Assembly (NCBI GenBank): GCA_964486065.1
Contig: CAZAKN010000006.1
Location: 1-62,684 of the forward strand
Length of the DNA: 62,684 bases
Origin: an uncultured Gammaproteobacteria bacterium
Lineage (GTDB): Bacteria > Patescibacteriota > Patescibacteriia > UBA11705 > JABHMO01
Direction of reading: 5' to 3'
Shown here: in pieces, positions 1-9,080 of the stretch
Position numbering within the stretch: the stretch's first letter is position 1
Layout: each line of letters begins with the position of its first letter
Notes under the pieces: generated by a model
Seen by the model: only the letters and a program-made list of their open reading frames with translations
Told to the model about the DNA's origin: nothing
The model's database searches: none
Program-made: the position numbers and the translations under genes

Positions 1-55
1 GGGATAAACTACCATTAGCTTGTCACGCAGAAGGCGGGAACGACCCGCGATTAAT
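1..55. repeat. 55-nt GC-rich direct repeat, copy 1 (left boundary cut by window edge)
   Basis: Identical 55/55 to 116-170. Contains hairpin GCGGG-AACGA-CCCGC. Copies are 115 nt apart. Confidence 0.9.
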
Positions 56-115
56 CAATTTTTATGAAATGAACTTTAAATAGAATCTCAAAACCTGGAG
101 TCTCCCGCCGTTAGC

Positions 116-170
116 GGGATAAACTACCATTAGCTTGTCACGCAGAAGGCGGGAACGACCCGCGATTAAT
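116..170. repeat. 55-nt GC-rich direct repeat, copy 2
   Basis: Identical to 1-55. Preceded by TCCCGC-CGTTA-GCGGGA hairpin (102-120) that overlaps the repeat start. Ends 12 nt before the dnaX stop. Confidence 0.9.
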
Positions 171-182
171 TTTCTATTTTAA

Positions 183-1886
183 TTAAACCACTTCTCCGCC
201 GAACTCATTGGCCAAATCATCCAATGCTCCATCATCAGCGGGAACCGCGACTTTTGTCGGTGCACTATCAAGCCCCGCGTCAAGCTTGGTTTTTAAGCTG
301 ACTTTGACATTGAAATATTCTTCAATGGTTTCCGTGATCACTCGGTTAACCGCCGGATCTTCCACTCGCTTTAACGGCATTTCAAATTTAAAAGCCAAAA
401 CAATTTCAGTTCCGTTTAAATCTACCGGACGCGCGTCGCATAAAGTTAAATACAAAGAAGCGTTTTTGGCTCGTAATCGCGCGGTAATTTCCGACCAAGC
501 ATTTTGCAATTTTTGTAAATTGAACACGCCGTCCCCCACTGGTTTCGGTTTTTCAATATCATCTTTTCCGACTTCTTCAATATTTGCGTCCATCGGGACT
601 TCCTCTTTATCATTTTCATCATCTTGTTTTTTAACCGCCGTGTCTGACGATTCTTTCTCATCTTCGGGGTTTGGTGCGACAGGTTTTGATTCAACCGGTT
701 TAGACTCAATGGGTTTAGGCTCAACAGAATTTGACGCGACGGGTTTCTCTATCGCGACGGGTTTTTCCCCGCTCCCGGAAGAACGCTCCGTTCCTTCAAC
801 GCCCGTCAATTCAATAACGGATAATTCAAAAGCCAGCTGACTGAATTCATTTTTTTTAAACAATTCCTTATTGGCCAGACTGCGATTTAATATTTTCAAT
901 AATACCTCTTGTGGCACTTGATCCACCAAGTCAACGGTTTGCTTAACAATATTTTCTTCAATTTCTCGCGACAACTCCGTCAAATCTTCAGTCATTTTGT
1001 AAAGCAATATTTGTCTCACGAAACGAATAAAATTGTCATTAAATTGCGCCACATCAAATCCATCCTCCACCAATTTATTGATAAACTTGACCGCGTCTGG
1101 GGTTTGCTTTCTGATCATCATGGCAAACAGATTAAATAACAAACCATAATCCGATTTGGGTAGAATCAATTCCGCTTGCTCCAAAGAAATCTGTTTTTCA
1201 CCAAGGGACAAAACCTGTTCCAAAAGACTTTCCGCATCACGCACGCATCCACCCGACTGCTTGGCGATCAACTGCAATATTTTTTTATCAACTTTCACTC
1301 CCTCTTTGGTAACGATCATCTGCAATCTCTCTGCGATATCCGTGGCGGATATTTTTTTAAAATCAAACCGCTGACAACGCGAAACAATGGTTGCCGGCAC
1401 TTTGTGCGCTTCCGTGGTCGCCAAAACGAAAATCACATATTTAGGCGGTTCTTCCAATATCTTCAAAAGAGCGTTAAACGCGGAAATGGAAAGCATGTGC
1501 ACTTCATCAATAATGAAAACCTTGTACTTCAAACTGTTCGGCGTAAAACGCGCGTTTTCAATTATATTTTCCCGCACATTATCCACGCCCGTATGAGAAG
1601 CCGCGTCTATTTCCATTATATCCATGGATTTCTTGTCCATAATCTCTTTGCACGAGTCACACTTATTGCACGGTTCTCCTTCAGCTTGCAAATCCCGACA
1701 ATTTACGGCTTTGGATAGCAATCTCGCCAAAGTGGTTTTCCCCGTTCCTCTCGGTCCACAAAAAAGATAAGCATGACCTAGGCGGTCGGCCTTTATCTCA
1801 TTTTGCAAAGTTAATTTGATGTGATTTTGGTTAGTCACATCTTTGAAGTTTGTCGGTCTGTATTTTCTGTACAAAGCCACGCTCAT
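183..1886 (-). CDS. dnaX: DNA polymerase III subunit gamma/tau
   Basis: 567 aa. Walker A GPRGTGKTT, zinc module CNKCDSC, DEVHML Walker B, SRC motif. Low-complexity P/E/K linker, then tau-like C-terminus. Confidence 0.95.
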   Translation of the reverse strand: MSVALYRKYRPTNFKDVTNQNHIKLTLQNEIKADRLGHAYLFCGPRGTGKTTLARLLSKAVNCRDLQAEGEPCNKCDSCKEIMDKKSMDIMEIDAASHTGVDNVRENIIENARFTPNSLKYKVFIIDEVHMLSISAFNALLKILEEPPKYVIFVLATTEAHKVPATIVSRCQRFDFKKISATDIAERLQMIVTKEGVKVDKKILQLIAKQSGGCVRDAESLLEQVLSLGEKQISLEQAELILPKSDYGLLFNLFAMMIRKQTPDAVKFINKLVEDGFDVAQFNDNFIRFVRQILLYKMTEDLTELSREIEENIVKQTVDLVDQVPQEVLLKILNRSLANKELFKKNEFSQLAFELSVIELTGVEGTERSSGSGEKPVAIEKPVASNSVEPKPIESKPVESKPVAPNPEDEKESSDTAVKKQDDENDKEEVPMDANIEEVGKDDIEKPKPVGDGVFNLQKLQNAWSEITARLRAKNASLYLTLCDARPVDLNGTEIVLAFKFEMPLKRVEDPAVNRVITETIEEYFNVKVSLKTKLDAGLDSAPTKVAVPADDGALDDLANEFGGEVV

Positions 1887-1991
1887 ATATTATTTTTACG
1901 CTTTAATTGCCATTTAATTTTATCAATTATTTTCCGTTTAAACAACTTGACCGCGCGCTGATAATATCATGTAACAAATTTACCCACGCGT

Positions 1992-2026
1992 AAAAAAAAG
2001 CGAATTTTGCTTGAGCAAAATTCGCT
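1992..2026 (-). terminator. Rho-independent terminator after the 2045-2662 gene
   Basis: 12-bp stem AGCGAATTTTGC/GCAAAATTCGCT followed by a T8 run on the minus strand. Confidence 0.6.
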
Positions 2027-2044
2027 TTATAATATTTTATCAAT

Positions 2045-2662
2045 TTATTCTCTAACAATATTTTCCACCGCCGCCCAACGACTTCCACCTTCGGCCGGGA
2101 TAAGGAATACCACTTCATCTCCAGGTTCACCTTTGTAATATGTTACACTGGCAGTAATAAGTTTCCATTTTTTTCCTTCCGCCACCGCGTAATACTGCAA
2201 ACTTTGTTCATCTTGCTCCAATCTTCCCACCATGCGCAATCGTTCAATCGGCTTGATTTGTTTATAAACAAAAGCCCCCAGATTATTGATGGTCAGCTTG
2301 AGAATATCGCCTTCCACCAATTTTGATTTTGACGCGTAATTGGCGGGCACATCATATTGCTCTCCGTCCGCTCCAATCATGTTTTGACCGTCAAAAACAC
2401 CTTCAATGATTTTTTCATTTTCATTTTTATGTACCGCGCCCTCATCTTTTTTCAATTCCGCCAAGGCTTGATCCGCGGCCGTGCTTTCATCATATTCCGC
2501 GCCACTTAAATCTCCACTGGTAATTGACAATTTCAATTTATCCAGCTGTCGTTGCATGTCGTTAATAGCTTGAAGAGCCTGATTTATAGAAACCCGCTCT
2601 TTACTTGAAACTTCGGCGGTTTTTTCAGACCGCTCGTCTTTTTTCTTGAAAAATCCCCACAT
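2045..2662 (-). CDS. hypothetical protein (N-terminal coiled coil, C-terminal beta-rich domain)
   Basis: 205-aa ORF with ATG start and its own terminator. No family recognised with confidence. Confidence 0.7.
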   Translation of the reverse strand: MWGFFKKKDERSEKTAEVSSKERVSINQALQAINDMQRQLDKLKLSITSGDLSGAEYDESTAADQALAELKKDEGAVHKNENEKIIEGVFDGQNMIGADGEQYDVPANYASKSKLVEGDILKLTINNLGAFVYKQIKPIERLRMVGRLEQDEQSLQYYAVAEGKKWKLITASVTYYKGEPGDEVVFLIPAEGGSRWAAVENIVRE

Positions 2663-2803
2663 ATTGATTTTGTTTTTGTTTTCTTATCGGCTAATTTTAG
2701 CCTGTTTTTTTGTTTGTGTTTACATTATATCACATTTTACATGACAAGCAAAATATATAGTAATACTTGAAAAGTTAATAATTCCAGCTTAGAATTTAGC
2801 GTT

Positions 2804-5320
2804 TTAATACTGTATTTTCAAACGATCTTTCACTTCATTTTCCACCATTTCTCTGTCTTTTCCGTATTTTAAACGAGATAATTGTTTAATAACTTGAGCC
2901 AATTCCGGATTTTTCGGCGCGACCGGCAATTCATCATGAGGAATAGTGGACATATTGAACGGTTCGGGGTTGGCATTATCAATCAATAGTTTCACAAAAC
3001 AATTAAACTTGGGCACATTCAAGAAATCATACTCGCCAAAAGTCGGCGCGAATTCTTTGGTTAATTGTTCGGCATCATCCACACCTATCCGGAAAGCCAC
3101 CTTGGTTCCCACATTACCGAAAATCGCGTCTTTGAATTTGGTTTCTCCGTTTTTAATCAACTGCCCAATATACTGGTGACCGATAGTCAATGCCAGACGA
3201 TATTTTCTGGCCTCACTTAAAATCGTTTCAATGCTATCAGTCAAGAAATTCTGGAACTCATCAATAAACAAATAAAAATCACGCCGTTCCGAAGCCGGCA
3301 CATCGCCTCTGGCCAGAGCCGCCATGAGAATTTTTCCCACAATGATCATGCCCAGCAGATTGGCGTTTATATTGCCGATTTTTCCTTTGGCCAATTTAAC
3401 CAGCACGATTTTTCCGGAATTCATGGCTTCAAAAAAATCAACCGTGGTTTTCTGCTGGGAAATAATCGGACGCATCAGATCATTGGCCGTAAACGCCGTC
3501 AGCTTACTGGTAATATACGGCACCATGTTCTGCAAAGAAGCCTCCCCTCCTGCTTTCAAGGCTTCTTTTTCCCAGAAATCTTTAACGATTTGAGATTTAC
3601 ATTTTGACAATTTATAATTACGGAAATCATCATCCGCCAAGACGCGTGAAATCTCCATCAAAGTTGAACCGGATTCGGGATCATCCATGATTAAATAACA
3701 AGCGTTTTTAAAATATTGTTCAAACATAGGTCCGCCGGTAGCACGCAAATCATAAAGTTTATCAAAAATATTCATCACCTCATTAACCACAAAAGTTTTC
3801 TGTTCTTCTGTTTCGTATTCCAACATATTTAAACCGATCGGTCGTTCGGTATCCGAAGGATCAAAGAAAATCACATCTTCCGCTCTTTCTTTCGGCACGC
3901 GCGCCAAAATTTCTTCCAAATCATCTCCATGCGGATCAATAAAACACATACCATGACCGGCCGCCACATCTTGCATGGCCAGACCACTTTGTAAATATGA
4001 TTTACCCACTCCCGTCATACCGATGACATACATATGTCTGACGCGATCTTCATCTTTGATGCGAACAAGGGTTTCCTTGCCACGATATATATTTTTACCG
4101 AGGATAACTCCTTCTTGAGGCGTATTGATCGGAGCCGGCGCTTTGCGAGCTTCCAACCAACGAATAGCCGGCGCGGTATTGATCTTAGGCAAAGGAAAAT
4201 GAAATAAACTGGCCAATTCTTCAGTATTGAAGATCATGCGCTCTTCTTCATTTATATTGCGATAAATAAAGTTGCGGATCAGCTTTTTCAATTTTACCGA
4301 CTGACTTTTGAAAGCATTGCCGTATTCGTAAATATTGTATTGCGTGAAAGCATTGGTTATATTGTTCAAGTATTGATCAACTTTCACTTGATTTTCCGCG
4401 GCCGCGATAATCCGAACATTGGCCGACACGCCCGCCTTGCTGGCTTTTTCTTCCAGACCTTTAACCACTTCTTCTTCCATGGGAGATAAACGATATGGAT
4501 CTTTATCATCGGGTTTTTTTTCAATGGTGGTCGCTTCTTTGAAAACGCCTTTGGCGATACTTGCCCCAAAACCGCCTCCCCCGGCTTCCTTGATTGCGTC
4601 TTTTATCTTTTTACCTTGTTGCATGAGTGACGCCACTTTAATGCCTTTATTCCGCCATTCGGCCTTGGCTGACCGAACCACGATTTGAATGGCCGCCGCG
4701 TCGTTTTCCGAAACCTTGCCCAAAGCATTGGTCAAAGCGTTCAAAGGATCAGAATCAAATTTATCATATCGTTTAATCGGGAAAAATTTTTCTTTGCGAA
4801 ATTTCAAAATACGCCCGCCCACGAATCCACGCGCTTTGAATAAATTATAATCAGCCACTTCTTCAATAAAAGCGTGCGAGAATTGCGCGTTGATCTGTTC
4901 TTCAATATAGGATTGATGCTCTCGCGGAGCCGCCACATAAAAATCAATTTTCCCTTTATGCATGACGATTTCAAACGAATAAGTGTCCGTGCGACCGAAC
5001 AGCCAATGCTTAAAGCCTTTTTGTGCTTTCTGACCGGCAATATTGTCAAAAAAAGTTTCCATATTACCGATTTTCTCTTGTATTTCCTGTAAACTGAAAG
5101 ACGCTTTTTGTTCATCACCCGTATCTTTCGGCACGGTAATATGCAAAATAATTTTGCTCATGCCTTTTGAAATAATCCCACGATAAACCAAAACATTACG
5201 CAACAAAAAGATCATCCCGACCAATAAAAAAATTAGGACGATCAATCCTAATCCCAAACCAACCAAAGGGTTGGCTAATAAAGTATTTAAAAATGAAGTG
5301 TCAATCTCCACTGTCGGCAT
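2804..5320 (-). CDS. VirD4/TraG-like (type IV coupling protein-like) membrane-anchored P-loop ATPase
   Basis: 838 aa. N-terminal TM helices, Walker A GMTGVGKS, Walker B FYLFIDEFQNF, TraD/VirD4-like C-terminal half. Confidence 0.75.
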   Translation of the reverse strand: MPTVEIDTSFLNTLLANPLVGLGLGLIVLIFLLVGMIFLLRNVLVYRGIISKGMSKIILHITVPKDTGDEQKASFSLQEIQEKIGNMETFFDNIAGQKAQKGFKHWLFGRTDTYSFEIVMHKGKIDFYVAAPREHQSYIEEQINAQFSHAFIEEVADYNLFKARGFVGGRILKFRKEKFFPIKRYDKFDSDPLNALTNALGKVSENDAAAIQIVVRSAKAEWRNKGIKVASLMQQGKKIKDAIKEAGGGGFGASIAKGVFKEATTIEKKPDDKDPYRLSPMEEEVVKGLEEKASKAGVSANVRIIAAAENQVKVDQYLNNITNAFTQYNIYEYGNAFKSQSVKLKKLIRNFIYRNINEEERMIFNTEELASLFHFPLPKINTAPAIRWLEARKAPAPINTPQEGVILGKNIYRGKETLVRIKDEDRVRHMYVIGMTGVGKSYLQSGLAMQDVAAGHGMCFIDPHGDDLEEILARVPKERAEDVIFFDPSDTERPIGLNMLEYETEEQKTFVVNEVMNIFDKLYDLRATGGPMFEQYFKNACYLIMDDPESGSTLMEISRVLADDDFRNYKLSKCKSQIVKDFWEKEALKAGGEASLQNMVPYITSKLTAFTANDLMRPIISQQKTTVDFFEAMNSGKIVLVKLAKGKIGNINANLLGMIIVGKILMAALARGDVPASERRDFYLFIDEFQNFLTDSIETILSEARKYRLALTIGHQYIGQLIKNGETKFKDAIFGNVGTKVAFRIGVDDAEQLTKEFAPTFGEYDFLNVPKFNCFVKLLIDNANPEPFNMSTIPHDELPVAPKNPELAQVIKQLSRLKYGKDREMVENEVKDRLKIQY

Positions 5321-5361
5321 AATCTTAAAACGCGGGCTTCAATCCGCTTTTTTATTTTTGT

Positions 5362-5619
5362 TTATTTTTTCTTTTTGTTTTTTAAAGCCTTCATCACAAA
5401 ATCGCCCACACTTTTGGCGCCCGCTGAAAAAGCTTTGTTTTTCAAAACCTCCACCACGGAAGTGGCTTTTTCAATTTTTTCTTTTACTTGCTTGGTAGTG
5501 TGTTCAATGTGTTTAACCATGCGAATCACATAATAAAGCAATACGCATAAAAATACGGTCAACCAAACAATACTGAACGACAAAACCAAATACAAAAGAT
5601 CTTTTGATTCCGCTGTCAT
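5362..5619 (-). CDS. small membrane-anchored protein (DUF948/YtxH-like, tentative)
   Basis: 85 aa. One N-terminal TM helix followed by a K/E-rich helix. Confidence 0.55.
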   Translation of the reverse strand: MTAESKDLLYLVLSFSIVWLTVFLCVLLYYVIRMVKHIEHTTKQVKEKIEKATSVVEVLKNKAFSAGAKSVGDFVMKALKNKKKK

Positions 5620-5654
5620 ATTTGTTTTTTATTTTTATATTTTAAATATCAATA

Positions 5655-8093
5655 TTATTTTCTGACTTCCGCTTTTAACCCCTTGACCAATTGGTCGGTT
5701 AAAGTTTTTTGTTTTTCCGCTATTTCTTCCATTTCCAAAGTTCTTTCTTTGGAACGATAAACAACTCGGAAAGTTATACTCTTGCTCCCTGCTTTAATTT
5801 TACCACCTCTGAACACATCCAGCAAACCGACCCGTTCAATAATATCCGGCGCTGAACCGCGAGCGATTTTTTCAATGTCGGACCATTTCACTTTTTCATC
5901 AATTATAATAGAATAATCCAAATCTATGGACGGATATTTCGGCAAAGGTTTGAATTGTCTTTCAGCCGGCCAATATTGGGCTATTTTTTCCAAATCAACT
6001 TGCCACACGGCAACCTTATCTTTTAAATCAATAAGTTTTTGCGCGACCGGATGCAAAGCACAAACATAACCGATATTTTGTTTATCAATTTCAATATTCA
6101 AATATTGCGCTCTATGACACCATCTGTCGGCGGGTTCTCCTTCTGTGAATTTAAACGGCAATTGCAAACCTTCGGCCAAAGCTTCAACCGCGCCCTTGGC
6201 CAACCAAAATGAATTTTGCTTTTCGCCCTTTTGACAAATACCACCCGCCATTATTTTTTGTTCTGGTAATTTCTCTTCACTTTCAACCAAGACATTATCA
6301 CCTTGCCCGTTATTGACAAAAACCTTGCCCACTTCAAAAATATTGTATTTTTCAAAATGCTTGGCGTTCTCCACCGCCGCTCTCATTAAATTCGGCAATA
6401 AACTCTGTCTAAGTAAACAAGTATCTTCTGTCCAAGGATTAGCCAACTCCACGGCTTTGCTCACGCTTTGCCCGAGTTTGGTTAAAAATTCTTTTGACAC
6501 GAATGAATAATTAAAAACTTCATCCGCGCCCGCGTTCAGTGTTAAAATATCTTTGATTCTTCTTTCCAGTCGGCGCGTTTTATTGGCGGGAGTTAAACTC
6601 ATGGCCACTTCAGGCATAGTCGCTTCAATATTGTCATAACCGTAAATCCGAGTAATTTCTTCAATTATATCCTCCTTGATATTAACATCTTTGGTTGCTC
6701 GCCAAAATGGTACTTTTACTTTTAAGCCCTCTTTGATTTCCTTTATTTGAAATCCCAAATTTTTCAAGGTGGTGGTTATAAACTCTCGCGACAACTCCGC
6801 CCCGATGCGACGATTGATAAAATCCCAGTTAATTTCAATGCTTTTCTCCGCCGAATTCCATTTGCCTTCATCTTGCACCTCACTGACGATCTTGGCCTCT
6901 GGACAACATTCTGAAATCAAAGCTACCGCTTTTCTTAATGCCGTTTCCGCCATTTCCGGCGCCAAACTTTTTTCAAAACGCATGACCGCCTCTGTCCGCA
7001 AGCCTAACCGATTGGCGGTTTTTCTCACGCCGTAAGCGTCAAAATTGGCGGATTCCAAAATCACGGTTTCGGTTTGTTCTCCGATTTCCGAATTCGCTCC
7101 ACCCATAATTCCGGCCAAAGCCACGGCTTTGTCTCTATCCGCGATAACCAAATCTTCCTCGGCCAATTCTCTTTCTTCACCATCCAAAGTGGTTATTTTT
7201 TCGCCTTGGGCGGCGGGCCTGACCAAGATACCTTTTTTAATCTTATCGGCGCTGAAAGCGTGTAACGGTTGCCCCAAATCATACATGATGTAATTGGTGA
7301 TATCCACGATGTTGTTGATGGATTTCTGGCCGATCGCTTGAAGTCTTTGTTTCAGCCAAGATGGAGATTCCGCGATTTTTACTCCCGTCATGGCCACGGC
7401 CAAATAACGAGGACAAGCTTGATTATCTTTTATCTCAACTTTTAAATCAATTTTTTTGCGACCCTTTATTTTCGGTGCTTCATAATCTTTTAATTTTAAA
7501 CCGTAAATGGCGGACGCTTCTCTGGCCATGCCGTAATGCCCCCACAAATCGGGACGATTGGTCAAAGATTTGTTATCAATATCATAAATCGTATCATCCA
7601 ATTTTAAAGCCTGACTGAGTGGCGTACCCGCCTTGCTTTTTAATTCGCTTAAATCCAGAATTTCATGTTCACCTTGTTTTGGGAACATTGTCGCCAAACC
7701 TATTTCTTCAGTCGCGCAGATCATGCCGTAACTTTCTTCTCCGCGAATCTTGGTTTTAGTCAATTCAATCATTTCGCCTTCTCCATGCCAGCGAACCTTG
7801 GCGCCGACTTTGGCCAATGCCACCAACATGCCTTTTTGCAAATTAACGCCACCGCAAACAACTTTAATTCTTTCATCTCCCGCGTCAACTGTTACCAGTT
7901 TCAATTTATCGGCATTGGGATGATCGCCGACTTCCAACACTTTGGCGACAACAATATTTCGCAAATTTTCCGCCAAATCTTTTATTTCCTCCACTTCCAC
8001 GGTCGCCAAAGTCAATTTCAAGCCGAACTCTTGAGGATCAACTTTATCAAATTCTTCAATATGTTGTTTAAGCCAATTTAAAGATATATTCAT
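5655..8093 (-). CDS. pheT: phenylalanine--tRNA ligase beta subunit
   Basis: 812 aa. tRNA-binding N-domain, B3/4 and B5 domains, FDX-ACB C-terminal domain, all recognisable by sequence. Confidence 0.95.
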   Translation of the reverse strand: MNISLNWLKQHIEEFDKVDPQEFGLKLTLATVEVEEIKDLAENLRNIVVAKVLEVGDHPNADKLKLVTVDAGDERIKVVCGGVNLQKGMLVALAKVGAKVRWHGEGEMIELTKTKIRGEESYGMICATEEIGLATMFPKQGEHEILDLSELKSKAGTPLSQALKLDDTIYDIDNKSLTNRPDLWGHYGMAREASAIYGLKLKDYEAPKIKGRKKIDLKVEIKDNQACPRYLAVAMTGVKIAESPSWLKQRLQAIGQKSINNIVDITNYIMYDLGQPLHAFSADKIKKGILVRPAAQGEKITTLDGEERELAEEDLVIADRDKAVALAGIMGGANSEIGEQTETVILESANFDAYGVRKTANRLGLRTEAVMRFEKSLAPEMAETALRKAVALISECCPEAKIVSEVQDEGKWNSAEKSIEINWDFINRRIGAELSREFITTTLKNLGFQIKEIKEGLKVKVPFWRATKDVNIKEDIIEEITRIYGYDNIEATMPEVAMSLTPANKTRRLERRIKDILTLNAGADEVFNYSFVSKEFLTKLGQSVSKAVELANPWTEDTCLLRQSLLPNLMRAAVENAKHFEKYNIFEVGKVFVNNGQGDNVLVESEEKLPEQKIMAGGICQKGEKQNSFWLAKGAVEALAEGLQLPFKFTEGEPADRWCHRAQYLNIEIDKQNIGYVCALHPVAQKLIDLKDKVAVWQVDLEKIAQYWPAERQFKPLPKYPSIDLDYSIIIDEKVKWSDIEKIARGSAPDIIERVGLLDVFRGGKIKAGSKSITFRVVYRSKERTLEMEEIAEKQKTLTDQLVKGLKAEVRK

Positions 8094-8095
8094 AT

Positions 8096-9073
8096 TTATT
8101 GTATTCTTAAATCTTTGTTTTTATTGGGGATTTTTTCCAATTGTTCCAAGTCTTTGATGATTTGTTCGGCGATAATCTTTTTCTCTTTCGCGTCAGCCTC
8201 GTTTATTTGTTTTTCCCGTTCAGTTTCTTTTTGTTCTCTAGCCAGCTTTTCCGCGAACTCAATTCTTTTCTCTTCAGCCCTATCTCGCAAATAACGCTCT
8301 CCGTATTGCTTGGAATAATTATCGGTAATGTAACGAGTCATTTTCTCCACCGCTCGGAAAGAGAAGATGGAATCATGCACTTGCCAACCCTTTTTATTTA
8401 AAATCTTCTTTTTATCCTCGGACAAATTTTTTTCATAATCACTTTCCGGACGAGGCGCCACGATAAATTTATATATTTCATCAAAGCTCTCCAAAGTTAT
8501 TCCTTTGGGAGGTAAATTTTTTTCATGTTTACGCAGAATATCCAAATTTTCATTGATCGCTTCAATAACGGCTTTCAGATTACCGTAAAAATTTTTAATT
8601 TGATTAAGCGTGCGAGGATTTACTCTTTTGCCCATTTTAACTTCATACATACCGGTAATGTAAGCGATTCCTTTTTCCGAATCCACTTCCACGCCCAAAT
8701 GATCGGGATTACGCATAGCCCATTCACCCAATCCCAAAAGCTGAGGTTTTTGCAAGCGACGGATAATATATTCTCCGAGAAAATCATCTTCATTATCCAT
8801 ATTGATTTCCTGATTAACCAAGTATTCAAACAAATATCCGCGCAAAAAATTCGGATTAGCTACTATTTCACGAAATTCAGCATCATTTTCCTGTTGCTTT
8901 CTGACATAATCAAAAAAAATTTTCACTTCAAACTTTTCCAAAATTTCCCGACGCAATTTATCCTGATCTTCATTTTTTTCGCCGTAATCATAACCGCTAT
9001 TGAAAGCCTCCGCCCAATTTTCATTTTTTGACTTTAAATTTTCTTGATTATTGAAACTTGTTTCTTTCAGCAT
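8096..9073 (-). CDS. hypothetical protein with PD-(D/E)xK nuclease-like motif, inserted between pheS and pheT
   Basis: ORF 8096-9109 has a GTG start. The first ATG at 9073 lies 7 nt after the pheS stop. Motif NPDHLGVEVD...(about 20 aa)...MYEVK. K/E-rich coiled-coil tail. Confidence 0.65.
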   Translation of the reverse strand: MLKETSFNNQENLKSKNENWAEAFNSGYDYGEKNEDQDKLRREILEKFEVKIFFDYVRKQQENDAEFREIVANPNFLRGYLFEYLVNQEINMDNEDDFLGEYIIRRLQKPQLLGLGEWAMRNPDHLGVEVDSEKGIAYITGMYEVKMGKRVNPRTLNQIKNFYGNLKAVIEAINENLDILRKHEKNLPPKGITLESFDEIYKFIVAPRPESDYEKNLSEDKKKILNKKGWQVHDSIFSFRAVEKMTRYITDNYSKQYGERYLRDRAEEKRIEFAEKLAREQKETEREKQINEADAKEKKIIAEQIIKDLEQLEKIPNKNKDLRIQ

Positions 9074-9080
9074 ATTGATT

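Noticed and set aside
1-170. CRISPR array call for the left-edge repeats
   Set aside because: Only two copies are visible. The shared unit is at least 55 nt, longer than known CRISPR repeats, and the variable segment is at most 60 nt. No cas gene occurs in 62 kb. Kept as an unexplained repeat, not a CRISPR.
1-170. Guanidine-II (mini-ykkC) or ZTP riboswitch identity for the repeat hairpins
   Set aside because: One loop contains ACGA and the minus strand has GGGTCGT. However, the loops are 5 nt rather than ACGR tetraloops, the two hairpins do not carry the motif on the same strand, and the ZTP 3' CCGCCTGGGCA element is absent.
208-1718. Plus-strand ORFs (208-840, 909-1139, 1176-1718 and others) opposite dnaX
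   Set aside because: These are antisense shadow ORFs inside a well-supported gene, with low-complexity, S/F/L-rich translations. The same reasoning applies to 7665-8081, 8525-9031, 39623-40348, 44482-44901, 48004-48576, 50139-50738, 57890-58270 and similar entries in the ORF track.
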